From: Mobula birostris
Taxonomy: Eukaryota
Length of the DNA: 64,000 bases
Assembly (NCBI RefSeq): GCF_030028105.1
Contig: NC_092376.1
Location: 179,776,080 to 179,840,079 of the forward strand
Reading direction: 5' to 3'
Shown here: positions 13,301 through 25,634 of the stretch, one piece after another
How the letters are laid out: the number at the start of each line of letters is the position of its first letter
Numbering within the stretch: position 1 is the first letter of the stretch
Program-made: the position numbers and the translations under genes
Notes under the pieces: model-generated
Seen by the model: the letters and a program-made list of their open reading frames with translations, nothing else
Told to the model about the DNA's origin: nothing
Databases searched by the model: none

Positions 13301-13435
13301 TAGAGTGTTGAACAGAGATTTCTATCGCGAGAGAAACCAGGAGAATGCGGCTGACAGGGAAAATAAATCAGCCATGATCAAACGGTACAGCAGACTCGAT
13401 GAGTCTAATGACCTAATTTTATTCCTCTGTCTTCT
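10360..13435 (+). mobile_element. Older CR1 3' fragment, split in two (10360-10484 and 13106-13435) by a younger CR1
   Basis: 'IYKAFVIPHLGYCEQF...EKVRMRLTII' continues after the insert as 'PERKGLTYKEHLMAQGLY'. Confidence 0.7.
10485..13105 (-). mobile_element. CR1 LINE ORF2 (APE endonuclease + RT), 5'-truncated and disrupted
   Basis: ORFs 12299-13165 (VESLWV, VIYRPP, MGDFN, LLDWVLCN), 11705-11932 (NYRPVSLTS), 11204-11488 (VPQRSVLG, KFSDNTK), 10741-11049 (LVRPHLEYC). Confidence 0.92.
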
Positions 13436-14014
13436 TTTATAAACAGTAAATTCCGAGGCCTTTCAACCAGCTAAAGATTGCTCAGTAGCAGTTTCCTTTT
13501 CTTCGTCCCTCCATTGGTGTTATCTATTTACAACTATTCTTAGATAATATTTTATCGTCTTCCGGCAACACTGATGCAAATTAACTTCTATTTTCATAAA
13601 TTATCAACTTGCATTCTCTTATTGCTTTTTAGATGCACTTTCTGCAGGACAGGCCCTCACGTTATTAACTTTATTTGTTGAAATATCCACAGAAAATATT
13701 ATTTAACTGGTTTTCCACAATTCTATTTAGCATTTGTACTTTCCTCAAAGAAGTGTATTTCGCTACTTTAATTCGTTATTTGACGCTATTTCACGCAGTT
13801 CTCTTTATGACCTAGTACTCAAATTTTCACAAACATATGTTTCATTTTAAAGTTTACCACAGCATTTAAACTATTTGTCACCTTTTTTCTTTCTAGTTAG
13901 CATATAGCTTTCATACTTACTTTGAAAAATTAATCCTCAGGTTCTCGATGGCTCATTGTATCTCGATCGACTAATCCCTGAATACAATCTGACAATTGAC
14001 TTAAAGTGGATATA

Positions 14015-17000
14015 CAGGATGTGGGAAGTCAGGGAGCCCTCTGGTGTCCCTGAAAAACGACACCTGCAAGAAGTGCATTCAGCTGCAGCTCCTGACAAAC
14101 CGCGTTAGGGAACTGGAGCAGGAGCTGGATGACCTCCGGATCATTCGGGAGAATGAGGAGATTATAGATAGCAGCTACAGGGAGGTAGTTACGCCAAAGG
14201 AGCAGCGGACAGGAAGTTGGGTCACTGTCAGGCGAGGGAAGTGGAAAGGGCAGGCAGAGCATGGTTCCCCTGTGGCCATTCCCCTCAACAACAAGTATAC
14301 CGCATTGGATACTGTTGGGGGGGATGACTTACCTGGGACAAGCTGCAGTAGCTGGATCTCTGGCACTGAGTCTGGCTCTGCAGTGCAGAAGGGAGGGTGG
14401 AAAAAGAGGAGAGCGGTAGTGATAGGGAATTCGATAGTTAGAGGTCAGGTAGGAGGTTCTGTGTTCGTAACACAGAATCCAGGATGGTTTGTTGCCTCCC
14501 GGGTGCCAGGGTCAAGGATGTCTCTGATCGATTGCATGACAATCTGAAGTGGGAGGGTGACCAGCCAGATGTCGTGGTGCACATCGGTACCAATGACATA
14601 GCAAGGAAGAGTGAGGAGGTCCTGGAGAGTGAGTATAGAGAGCTTGGTAGGAAGTTGAAAAACAGGACCTCAAGGGTGGTAATCTCAGGATTGCTACCTG
14701 TGCTAGGTGCCAGTGATGGTAGGAATAGGATGCTCTGGAGAATGAACAAGTGGCTGAGGAACTAGTGTAGGGGGCAGGGTTTCAGATTTCAGGATCATTG
14801 GGACCTCTTCTGGGGCAGGTGGGATCTGTACAAGAGAGACGGGTTACACTTGAACTACAGGGGGACTAGTATCCTTTCAGGGAGGTCTGTTAGTGCTGTT
14901 GGGGAGGCTTTAAACTAGATTTGCAGGGGGATGGGAACCAGAGTGCCAGAGCTGACTGTGTGGCTGGGGTGAAAATAAATGATGTTAAAAGTTCAAGCAA
15001 ATCCGCTGATAGAAAGGTTGTGAGTGGTGGTAAGAATCTTCTGAGGTGTATATATTTCAATGCTAGGAGTATTGCGGGGAAGGCGGATGAGTTGAGGGCG
15101 TGGATCGACATGTGGAATTATGATGTTGTAGCAATTAGTGAAACTTGGCTACAGGAGAGGAAGGACTGGCAGCTTAATATTCCAGGGTTCCAATGTTTCA
15201 GATGTGATCGAGGCAGAGGGATGAAAGGTGGGGGAGTAGCATTGCTTGTTAGGGAAAACATTACAGCAGTGCTCAGGCAGGACAGATTAGAGGGATTGTC
15301 TACTGAGTCCTTATGGGTGGAGCTGAGAAACAGGAAAGGTATGGCCACATTAGTGGGATTGTATTACAGACCACCCAATAGTCAACGAGACTTGGAAGAG
15401 CAAATCTGCAGAGACATAGCAGGCAACTGCAGGAAACATAAAGTTGTGGTGGTAGGGGATTTTAATTTTCCATGCATTGATTGAGACTCCCATACTCTTA
15501 GGGGTCTAGATGGTTTAGAGTTTGTAAAATGTGTTCAGGAAAGTTTTCTAAATCGAAATATAGAGGGACCAACTAGAAGGGATGTAATATTGGATCTCCT
15601 GTTAGGAAACGAGTTAGGACAAGTGACGGAAGTCTGTGGAGGGGAGCACTTTGGTTCCAGTGATCATAACACCATTAGTTTCAATTTGATCATGGACAAG
15701 GATAGATCTGGTCCTAGGGTTGAGGTTCTGAACTGGAAGAAGGCCAAATTTGAATAAATGAGAAAAGATCTAAAAAGCGTGGATTGGGACAGGTTGTTCT
15801 CTGGCAAAGATGTGATCGGTAGGTGGGAAACCTTCAAAGGGGAAATTTTGAGAGTGCAGAGTTTATATGTTCCTGTCAGGATTAAAGGCAAGGTGAATAG
15901 GAATAAGGAACCTTGGTTCTCAAGGGATATTGCAACTCTGATAAAGAAGAAGAGGGAGTTGTATGACGTGTATAGGAAGCAGGGAGTAAATAAGGTGCTG
16001 GAGGAGTATAAGAAGTGCAAGAAAATACAAGAAAGAAATCAGGAGGGCTAAAAGAAGACATGAGGTTGCCTTGGCAGTCAAAATGAAGGATAATCCAAAG
16101 AGCTTTTACAGGTATATTAAGAGCTAAGCGATTGTAAGGGATAAAATTGGTCCTCTTGAAGATCAGCGTGGTCGGCTATGTGCGGAACCAAAGGAAATGG
16201 GGGCGATCTTGAAAAGGTTTTTTGCGTCTGTATTTACTAAGGAAACTGGCATGAAGTCTATGGAATTGAGGGAATCCAGTAGAGAGATCATGGAAACTGT
16301 ACAGATTGAAAAGGAGGAGGTGCTTGCTGTCTTGAGAAAAATTAAAGTGGATAAATCCCCGGGACATGACAGACTGTTCCCTCGGACCTTGAAGGAGACT
16401 GGTGTTGAAATTGCGGGGGCCCTGGCTGAAATATTTAAAATGTCGCTGTCTACGGGTGAGGTGCCGGAGGATTGGAGAGTGGCTCATGTTGTTCCGTTGT
16501 TTAAAAAAGGATCGAAAAGTAATCCGGGAAATTATAGGCCGGTGAGTTTAACGTCGGTAGTAGGTAAGTTATTAGAGGGAGTACTAAGAGACAGAATCTA
16601 CAAGCATTTGGATAGACAGGGACTTATTAGGGAGAGTCAACATGGCTTTGTGCGTGGTAGGTCATGTTTGACCAATCTATTGGAGTTTTTCGAGGAGGTT
16701 ACCAGGAAAGTGGATGAAGGGAAGGCAGTGGATATTGTCTACATGGACTTCAGTAAGGCCTTTGACAAGGTCACGCATGGGAGGTTAGTTAGGAAAATTC
16801 AGTCGCTAAGTATACATGGATAGGTGGTAAATTGAGTTAGACATTGGCTCAATTAAGAAGCCAAAGAGTGGTGGTAGAGAATTGCTTCTCAGAGTGGAGT
16901 CCTGTGACTAGTGGTGTGCCACAGGGATCAGTGCTGGGTCCATTGTTATTTGTCATCTATATCAATGGTCTGGATGATAATGTGGTAAATTGGATCAGCA

Positions 17001-17928
17001 AATTTGCTGATGATACAAAGACTGGAGGTGTAGTAGACAGTGAGGAATGTTTTCAGAGCCTGCAGAGGGACTTGGACCAGCTGGAAAAATGGGCTGAAAA
17101 ATGGTAGATGGAGTTTAATACAGACAAGTGTGAGGTATTGCACGGTGGAAGGACAAACCAAGGTAGAACATACAGGGTTAATGGTAAGGCACTGAGGAGT
17201 GCAATAGAACATAGGGTTCTGGGAATACAGATACAAAATTCCCTAAAAGTGGTGTCACAGGTAGATAGGGTCGTAAAGAGAGCTTTTTGTACATCGGCCT
17301 TTATTAATCAAAGTATTGAGTATAAGAGCTGGAATGTTATGATGAGGTTCCATAAGGCATTGGTGAGCCCGAATCTGGAGTATTGTGTTCAGTTTTGGTC
17401 ACCAAATTACAGGAAGGATATAAATAAGGTTGTAAGAGTGCAGAGAAGGTTTTCAAGGCTGTTGCCGGGACTTGAGAAACTCAGTTACAGAGAAAGGTTG
17501 AATAGGTTAGGACTTTATTCCTTAGAGCGTAGAAGAATGAGGGGAGATTTGATAGAGGTATATAAAATTATGATGGGTATAGATAGAGTGAATGCAAGCA
17601 GGTTTTTTCCACTGAGGCAAGGGGAGAAAAAAAAAACCAGAGGACATGGGTTAAGGGTGAGGGGGGAAAAGTTTAAAGGGAAAATCGGGGGGGGGCTTCT
17701 TCACACAGAGAGTGGTGGGAGTATGGAATGAGCTGCCAGATGAGGTGGTAAATGCGGGTTCTTTATTAGCATTTAAGAATAAATTGGACAGATACATGGA
17801 TGGGAGTTGCATGGAGGGATATGGCCCGTGTGCAGGTCAGTGGGACTAGGCAGAAAATGGTTTGGCACAGCGAAGAAGGGCCAAAAGGCCTGTTTCTGTG
17901 CTGTAGTTTCTATGGTTTATGGTTTCTA
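14015..17928 (+). mobile_element. Near full-length CR1 LINE: ORF1 (Cys motif, coiled coil, SGNH/GDSL esterase) and ORF2 (APE + RT), inactivated
   Basis: ORF1 'CKKCIQLQLL..RVRELEQEL', 'VIGNSIVRG', 'VVHIGTND'; ORF2 'YFNARS', 'ISETWL', 'GDFNFP', 'NYRPVSLTS', 'GVPQGSVLGP', 'KFADDTK'. Premature stops at e.g. 15482, 16821, 17105; (ctatggttt)n tail. Confidence 0.96.
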
Positions 17929-18796
17929 CTTTCATTTGCTCAGAATGGCTCCAGTTTAACATTTTTTGTTCTTAGTCATATGGTCCGCAGCTTCTGCCTG
18001 AAGGTAAAACTCAGTAATTTTATGAGCGCTACCACATAGGTACACTCACTGAAACGTCACTGAATAATACTCACTCACTTCCCATCAAGAAAATACTGGA
18101 CCAGAAGAGCCTTTTGTTTTCGTGTATTTTTTCGGCTATAGACTGTTAAGACCATAGGACGTGAGGCACATGAGAAGAATTAGGTCATTCAGTCAATCGA
18201 GACATCTCCGTCATTTCATCATGGTTGATTCCGGATCGCACTCAACCACATGCACCTGTCTTCTCGTCATATTCCTTGACGCCCTGACCAATATAGAAAC
18301 GATCAACTTCGGCCTTAACTATACGCAGGGGCTCCAACGCAGTCTGTGGAAGAGCATTCGACAGATCTACAACGCTCTGGCAAAAAAAAACCCTCCTTAC
18401 CTCTATTTTAAAAGGCAGTCCCTCAATTTTGAGGCTACGTCCTCTAGTTATGGATGCCCCCACCGTAGGAAACATCCTCTTCACATCACCCTAGTTAGTC
18501 TAGTCAAAATTTGGTAGGTTTCAATTAGATCCCCCTGCATTCTTCTAAGTTCCAATGGGTATAGGCGTAAAGTTGACAAACGCTCTTCGTATGTTAACCC
18601 ATTCATTCTTGAAATCATCCTCGTGAGCTTCGTTTGGACTCTCTCCAATGCCAGCACAACCTCACTGAAGTGTGGGTCCCAAAACTGTTGACAATACTCT
18701 AGGTGCGGCCTGATTAGTGTCTTATAAATGCTCAGCATTATCTCTTTGCTTTTATATTCTATCCCCTTGAAAAAAAGCAAATATCACATTTGCCTG

Positions 18797-18835
18797 TGTG
18801 ACGGGGTCCTGAATTACCCCTATGAACTGTGTTTT

Positions 18836-18869
<34 letters not shown>

Positions 18870-19767
18870 ATTTGACACCGACATCTTGTTTTGAAAAAAG
18901 AGAGAGAGAGAGAGAGACGAAGACTAACTTTTGGACTGTCACTTTAAGGCACGAGGAGGAACTGAAACTAACTTTTCTGCTGAGTTAGAGAGAGAGAGCA
19001 CCGAGCAGCTCGTAAGTCGCTGTGGTCTCCGAGGGCGGCGTTATTTGATGGACAATCGAGGTTATGGTTTATCTGGGGTTTGTTTATACTTTCTCCAAGG
19101 ACATTTGCCTGCTAGTACACTCTTACACAGACAGAGATGGGAGGAGCCATTTGAGAGACAGTTGGTGCTCAGTACGGTGAGATAAATAGGAGGTCAGATG
19201 ATAGACCTCAGGCACATGTTTTTGTACACTGAATGAGCTTTGTTGTGCCCACAGAAAAAGTGGATTTTTGGAGGATCGATCAAGCGGATCGATCAGTGGT
19301 TCCTGCAGTGAGAAAAGGGATTGACCGTTGGGGAGTTGTCCATGTGTCCAACCCTTGCCTGCGTTGATAGCTCCACCACAGAGAAACGGTCCTCTTTGTT
19401 GAAGCCACAGTCGGTGACTTATAAAGGAATTCGGGGGACATCGGGAACATCGACTGCGTCAGCTCACCTGAAGACTCAAATCTCTCCCTCTCTCTCTCTC
19501 CATCACTACTCAACTCAACACCACGAACTGAACTGAACTTTACTCATTGTCGTAAGACTATCTATTTACCCCTAGACTTGAAGAAGCTTGCTTTTCATTT
19601 ATATTCCACACTTACTTATATATAATCATTGCTACCCTTTGCTTTATCTACATTTAAGTTACTGTATTGCGTAGTTACTAATAAATTATATTAGTTAATA
19701 GCAATACTAGACTCCAAAGTGTTTTCCGTTTCTGCTGGTTCTTTAACCCGTCACGGGGTACGTCACA
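18797..19767 (+). mobile_element. Solo LTR (971 bp; Gypsy-like by inference)
   Basis: Perfect terminal inverted repeat TGTGACG...CGTCACA; flanks CCTG/CCGG (3/4 TSD); AATAAA near 19680; internal (GA)n tracts; cleanly interrupts a CR1. Confidence 0.85.
18839..18917. repeat. (GA)n microsatellites within the solo LTR
   Basis: Two (GA)n runs, each preceded by 'tgttttgaa'. Confidence 0.9.
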
Positions 19768-20949
19768 CCGGCTTTACCATAGATTCATTATTAATCTTCT
19801 GGAAGTCTTACATGAGGACTCCGAAGTTCCGCTGCAGCTCTGATGTTTGAACCTTCTCCCTATTTAGATAATAGTTTTTTTACCGAAATACATTATCATA
19901 CATCTCCCAACACTGTATTCCATCTGCCACTTTTTTGCACATTCTTCCATGTTGCGTAAGTCCTGCTGCAATTGCACTGCTTCCTCAGCACTATGTACCC
20001 AACCTAGCTTCGCATCATCCGCAAACTTTGCCACAACGTCCTTAATTCCCTTAACTAAATCATTGACAGACAATGGGAAAAGTAGCGGTTCCAATACTGA
20101 CCCCTGAGGAGCACCACTAGTCACTGGCAGCCAACCAAAAAAGGTCCCTTTTATTCCCACCCGCTGCCTCCTGCGGTCAACCATTCCGCTATCGATACCA
20201 GTATCTTTGCTGTAACGCATAGGATTTTAGCTTGTTATGTAACCTCATCCGTCGCACCCTATCAGACGCCTTCTGAAAATCCAGATAAATGACATCCACT
20301 GCTTCTCCTTCGTCCACACCGCTTGTTACTTCCTCGAAGAACTCTAATAGGTTGTCAGGCAAGCATTCCTTTCACAGAAACCATGCTGAATTTGACTTAT
20401 TTTATCATTAGTTTCCAAGTGCTTCGAAACCTCATCCTTAAAATAGACTCCAACATTTTCCTGACCACTGAGGTTAGGCTAACCGGCCTATAAGTTCCTT
20501 TCATTTGCTTCCCTCCCTACTTAAAGAGTGGGACCATGCCAAGTGATTCTTGAAAGATCATGATCAAGGCATCGGTTATCTCTTCAGCAACCTCTCTCAG
20601 GAATCTGCGATGTAGTCCATCTGACCCAGGTGACTTAACAACCTTAAGCCCTTTGAGTTTGGCTCGCAATATTTCCTTTGTAACATCAATAGCTCTTGTT
20701 TTCTTTTCGCGAATAGTTCCGGAAAAACTTTCAATGTGTGATTCAGGGTAGTGTAGTCCTTTTTAAATTTATTCCAATTTGCACGTGCATTGTTAGCCTC
20801 CGTGATCTTCAGCGCATATTTCCGGCTGCTTTCGTTGACTTATTTTACATTCTATCTTGCGTTGTGTCTAATGCCAAGGCAGATTTGTCCCATTGCCTCT
20901 GTTGCTTGCTTATCATGAAGCTCTTCTAAAATCACTTCCAAACCCCATA

Positions 20950-22120
20950 TTCCTGAATTAAGGCCTGGGCAGCGGGTTGAGATTCTTAATTGGAGAAAGG
21001 CTAATGTTGATGTTATCAGGAAGGACCTTGCAAGTGCGGGCAGACTGTTTTCTGTCAAAGGAGTACATGGAATGCGGAAGGCCTTAAAAACGAAAGTTTG
21101 AGAACACGTAGATTGCATGTGCCTGTCAGAATAACAGGGAACGATAACAAGTGTGAGGAAACTTGGCTTTCAAGGGATGTTGAGCTCCTGGTAAAAGAAA
21201 CAAAAATGAAGTGCATAACAGGTATCGGCAGGTAGGAATAAATGAAGTGATTTTGGCGTGACGCATCACCTACCCTTTAAAACTCAGCAGGCTTCTACCT
21301 TCGAATTTCGGCATAGTGCTTAAACTAGGGACGATATTTGATATACCATAACCTTCAGAATGACATCGTGGCTGTGAAATTTCAGGTGTTCAGAGCGTGA
21401 TATAAGTGAATATATCTCTATGTCGGTGCTGCGTGACTATATGAATTACACGGGTACAGCAAGATGATTGATACCTTCTCTTTATTTTACTGATTTCACG
21501 ATCATAACTGCATACTTATGCACAACCGGCAATTAATTAAATGATTTTGACGAAAACAAATCACAGTTACACGCAATTAAGCAACTTAAATTGGCATTCC
21601 TATACAGTGCTGAAGCACATTATTAAAAATTTCCTTTGAAATTTGAAAAGATGTTTTTGACATAGCCATAAGATTAAAACGAAGAGCAGAGATTTTATGT
21701 GTATATTCGAAGAAAGATAGTAAATAAAGTTGCAGCAGATTCATTCAAGGACAAACATGGCTTTGTCTGTTGATCGAAAATAAGTGCCTGGAACACTTAA
21801 TAAGTACTTTGCACCAGAGATCTCTATGAGGAACGTAGATGTTGTTAAGATTACAGGCTTTTATTTTGATATTCCAGAGAATGGCAATATTGGAAAGCTG
21901 AAGTTTCTGGATGTCTACAAACATATAGATGGACAAATCGACGTCCATGGAGGGTTGTATCCCAAGATACTGCGAGAGACAAGGGAAAACATTACTGAGG
22001 CCTTGATAAAGATCACTATATACTATTTCAGAAAGGATGAGGTGCCAGAGACCCCGAGAATGCTCAGTTTTGTTCTTTTGAGTAAGAAGGGAAAAATGGC
22101 AAAACAAGGAAATCATTCGT
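20950..22120 (+). mobile_element. Two decayed CR1 ORF2 fragments (~20950-21250 and ~21650-22120)
   Basis: 'VEILNWRKANVDVIRKDL' and 'LNKYFA...GLYPKILRETRENITEALIKI...EVPE'. Confidence 0.65.
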
Positions 22121-23050
22121 GAACTCTAGAGTCATAGAGGTATAGCCAAGTACAGCACAGAAACAGCCCCTTTGGCCGTACCACATCATTCAAACTGCCT
22201 AATCCTATCAACGTCCACTGATACCATAGCCCACCATAAGCCTACCATCTATGTATCTATCGAAAACTTCTCTTAAATGTTAAAATTGAGCTTGCATGTG
22301 CGACTTGCACTGGCAGCTGTTCCGCACTCTCACGGTCCTCTGAGTAAAGAGGATTGCCCTCATGTTCCCCTTAAACTTTTCAACTTTCACCCTTAACCCA
22401 TGACCTCCTGTTGTATTCCTATCCAACCTTAGTGGAAAAAGCTTGCTTACATTTTCCCTGTCTGTAATCCTCATTATTCTGTATACCTCTATCAAAACTC
22501 CTCTCAATCTTCTACTTTCCAAGGTATAAAGCCTTAAGCTTTTCAAACTTTCCTCATAAATCAGGTGCACCGGTCCCTGCAACATTTTGTAGTATTTCTC
22601 TGTACGCTTCCACACTTATTTACAACTTTGCTATAGGTAGGTTACAAAAACTGTACATAGTACTCCAGATTAGGCTTTAACATAAGATCCCATCTCCTTT
22701 ACTCAATACTTTGAGTTATAAAGGCTAATGTGCCAAAAACTATCCTTACGACTCTACCACTTTCAATGAAATATTAACCTGTATTCACAGATCCCTTTGT
22801 TCTACAGCACACCTCAGTGCCCTCGATTCACAGCGTAATACCTTCCCTGGGTGACCCTCCGATGTACAAAACCTCGCACTTGACTGCATTAAATTTCATC
22901 TGCCGTTTTCAGACCGTTCTTTCCAAATAGTCGAGATCTCGGTCTAAGATCTGATAGTCTTCCTCGCAGTCTAGTGCACCCCCGATCTTGGTGTCATCCG
23001 GAAATGTGCTGATTCAGTTAACCACATCATCATCCAAATCATTAGTATAG

Positions 23051-23597
23051 TCAGTCAGTCAGTCAGTGGGTGCCGTCCCAAATCCGGGGTTTGCGGCTAT
23101 GCACCTCCATCTTCTCCGATCTTGCGACAACACCGAGTGCAGCCTCTCCTCCAGCCTGTTCTCGCTGGCTGCCTTGGCACCGCCCGCCGCCGCCCCCGCT
23201 GAACTCGAGCCCGAGGCCGTATCGGCTTCCAGCCGCGGCCGCTTCTTCGAGTTCGGCCCTTCCTTAGGCGGAGGCCTTGGACAGGTCCAGGCACACCGTG
23301 CAGCGCTCAAGTTCATCACGTCTCTTCTAACTAAGTGCATAGCATACGATTCGTAGATACGTGGTGAGGCTTTAATCTCTTCCACAGAAGATGGTCGTTG
23401 ACTCACAAGGAGCTCATCCGCCCTTTGTCAGGTCTTGTTTTTTTTCCAGTCCTGCTGGGTGTCCTCACACCCTCCTCACCAAACTAAGTCCGGTGGGAGG
23501 GCCGGCCTAAGTCGCCGAGCATCCGAGCACGATCCCCAGCCGAGCGCCGGGCGCCTGCCCCCCGCCGAATCTCTCCGAGCTTCCGGCGCCCGACCGA
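23051..23597 (-). mobile_element. Chimeric retro-insertion: RTE-like short element with (ACTG)n tail carrying captured host sequence
   Basis: 15-bp TSD AAATCATTAGTATAG (23036-23050) / AAACCATTAATATAG (23598-23612), 13/15 identical. (TCAG)n on + at 23051-23067. Joining 23305+ to 23126- on minus gives RTE-like C-terminal 'DVMNL-QDRRRWR'. Confidence 0.8.
23127..23304 (-). pseudogene. ZFTRAF1: Circularly permuted 178-bp fragment of ZFTRAF1/CYHR1 N-terminal coding sequence
   Basis: 23268->23127 encodes PKEGPNSKKRPRLEA...NRLEERLHSVL; 23304->23269 encodes CTVCLDLSKAS. Recognised from memory as matching ZFTRAF1 'PPKKRLR...[25 protein letters not shown]'. Confidence 0.8.
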
Positions 23598-24379
23598 AAA
23601 CCATTAATATAGATGACAAACAATAACAGACCCAGCACGGATCCCTGCACCACTTCACTAGACAAAGGCCTCCATCTACTATCACTCCCTTTATTCCCAT
23701 AAGGGAATGTCCAATCCAATTTACTACCTCATCTTGAATTCCGAGCGAGTGAAACGCCTTGACCATCCTCCCATGAGGGCATTGTCAATCGCCCAGTTAA
23801 ACCAAATTCGCTGCCTTGCCTTCATCAACTTTCCTGGCAACGTCCTCGAAAAACACAATAAATTGGTTAGACACGACCTAGCACGCACAAGGTTATATTA
23901 AATATCCCTAATCAATCCCCGTCTATCCAAATATCCATATATGCGGTCACTTAGAATACCTTCTAGCAACTTTCCCACTGCTAATATCAGGCTCCATTGA
24001 TATCATATTCCGCTAATACCATGGTTTATTTTTAGAGCCTTTATTAACCAGCTGAATAAACATTAGTTATCCGTCCCTCCTCCGGTACCTCAACTGCCAC
24101 TAAGGATGATTTAAATATCTCTGCTAGGGCCCCTACAATTTCTACACTTGCTTCCCACAGGATCCGAAGGAGCAACTTGTCAGGACCTGGGAATGTTTAA
24201 CCCTAATTTGACTCAAGACAGCAAACGCCTCCTCTTCTGTAATTGTGTAGGGTCCATGAAGTCGATGCTGGTTTGGCTCACTTCTATAGATTCTCTGTCC
24301 GCCTTCCAGATAAATGCTAATACAAAAATCGATTTAAGATTTCCGCTTATATTAATAACCCTATAGTCGTTGATAACCT

Positions 24380-25060
24380 TGTATTAGTAGACTGTAAATT
24401 ATTTGGAAAAGCATTGACGCTGTTGTGTGGTCAGCATGACTTTACGCAGGGAAGGTGCTATCGCACAAATCTAAGATTTTTGAGGAAGCGGTGAAGGTGA
24501 GAATGACCTTCGTTTACGTGACTTTAGTAAAGAATTTGACGATTTATCCAACGTTAACACAGTGCAGAATATTAGATCACATAGGATTCACGGCGAGTTT
24601 TTAAATTAGATCCAATTTTGACTTACTCATCAGAATACATATGACAGTGATAGTGTTTTATATTTTTTTTTTACGAGCTTTAGAATAGTGTCTCATATTG
24701 AGTGGAAATCTGCCACCATTGATGTTCCCCATAAATTATTGCTGGTATCAGCGTTGTTTGTAATATACAATATTTTAATAATTTGGTTGAAAATAGGGGT
24801 GATCAGTATGTTGCAGGTGACAAAAATGGTAGATTTAGTGATAGACAGGAAGAACGTTAAATTATACAGAAATATAGGTCAATTGGAAAATTGGACAGGA
24901 AAATTGCATGCGAAATTAATTTACCGAGTGATGTACAGTATGTTGGGAGGTCAATGCAAAGCTAGAGTATATACTAAATGGCAGCACCTTTTACAGCATC
25001 GATATATAGAGATCGAGTTATTTAGGATATCCATGAGACCGCACATGGCACAATATGTCC
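24380..25060 (+). mobile_element. Highly decayed CR1 RT fragment
   Basis: Remnants of 'QHDF..GRCYRTNL..FEEAVK...VYV.FSKEFD' and 'WKSATIDVP'. Confidence 0.55.
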
Positions 25061-25064
25061 AGTC

Positions 25065-25262
25065 AAAAACACGAGAAAATCCTCAGATGCTGGAAATCCA
25101 GAGCAAAACACAAAAAAATGCTGTAGAAACTCAGCAGGTAGGGCAGTATCTATGGAAAAGAGGAAACAATCGACGTTTCGTGCCAAGACCCTTCATTAAT
25201 CCTGATGCTGTTTACTGCTTTCCTTAGGAGCATCCTGACCTGCTAAATTCTTCCAGCATTTT
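25065..25262. mobile_element. Short Penelope-derived palindromic repeat
   Basis: Arms 'aaaatgctgtagaaactcagcaggt' and 'acctgctaaattcttccagcatttt' are imperfect inverted repeats, shared with 37395-38350. Confidence 0.6.
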
Positions 25263-25634
25263 AGACCAAATGACACATGAGCAGAATTTGGCCATTCAGT
25301 CCATCGAGATTTCTCCGTCATTCCATCATGGCTGATTCCGGATCCCACTGCACCACATAAACGTGCCTTCTCTCCATATTCCTTGACGCCCTGACCGATC
25401 AGGAAACGAACAATTTCCGCCTTAACTATACGCAGACGCTTGGTATCTAGCGTGGCAGCAGTATTTGCATTTTTATCCCGAATGGCCTCAATACTGAAAA
25501 CTCAATTGTGACGATATCATGTTTTCTTTTCGCTGTATTCATGTATTTTACAATTTCGAGTTTTGAGAACATTAGCTATACAATTTCCGAAAAAATTAAG
25601 ATTAGCATGTATAATTGCAATATTTCTGCCGATG

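Larger units (their letters stand above)
18150..20695 (-). mobile_element. CR1 LINE RT region and 3' end, interrupted by a solo LTR
   Basis: 'IYKTLIRPHLEYC' (18481-18780) and 'GAPQGSVL..KFADDAK' (19864-20220) lie on either side of the LTR. Confidence 0.88.
22125..24345 (-). mobile_element. CR1 LINE RT and 3' end; host of the chimeric insertion
   Basis: 'LYTLESRRLRGVLIEVYRIM' and 'QGSVLGLLLFVIYIN' on the minus strand. The RT sequence resumes across 23051-23597. Confidence 0.85.

Noticed and set aside
23059-23406. 115-aa minus-strand ORF as a functional gene
   Set aside because: It is a chance fusion of RTE-like sequence and permuted ZFTRAF1 pieces. It has no ATG start, and the CTVCLDL segment is out of frame
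24688-25227. 179-aa ORF
   Set aside because: Runs through decayed CR1 and Penelope-derived repeats; not a gene
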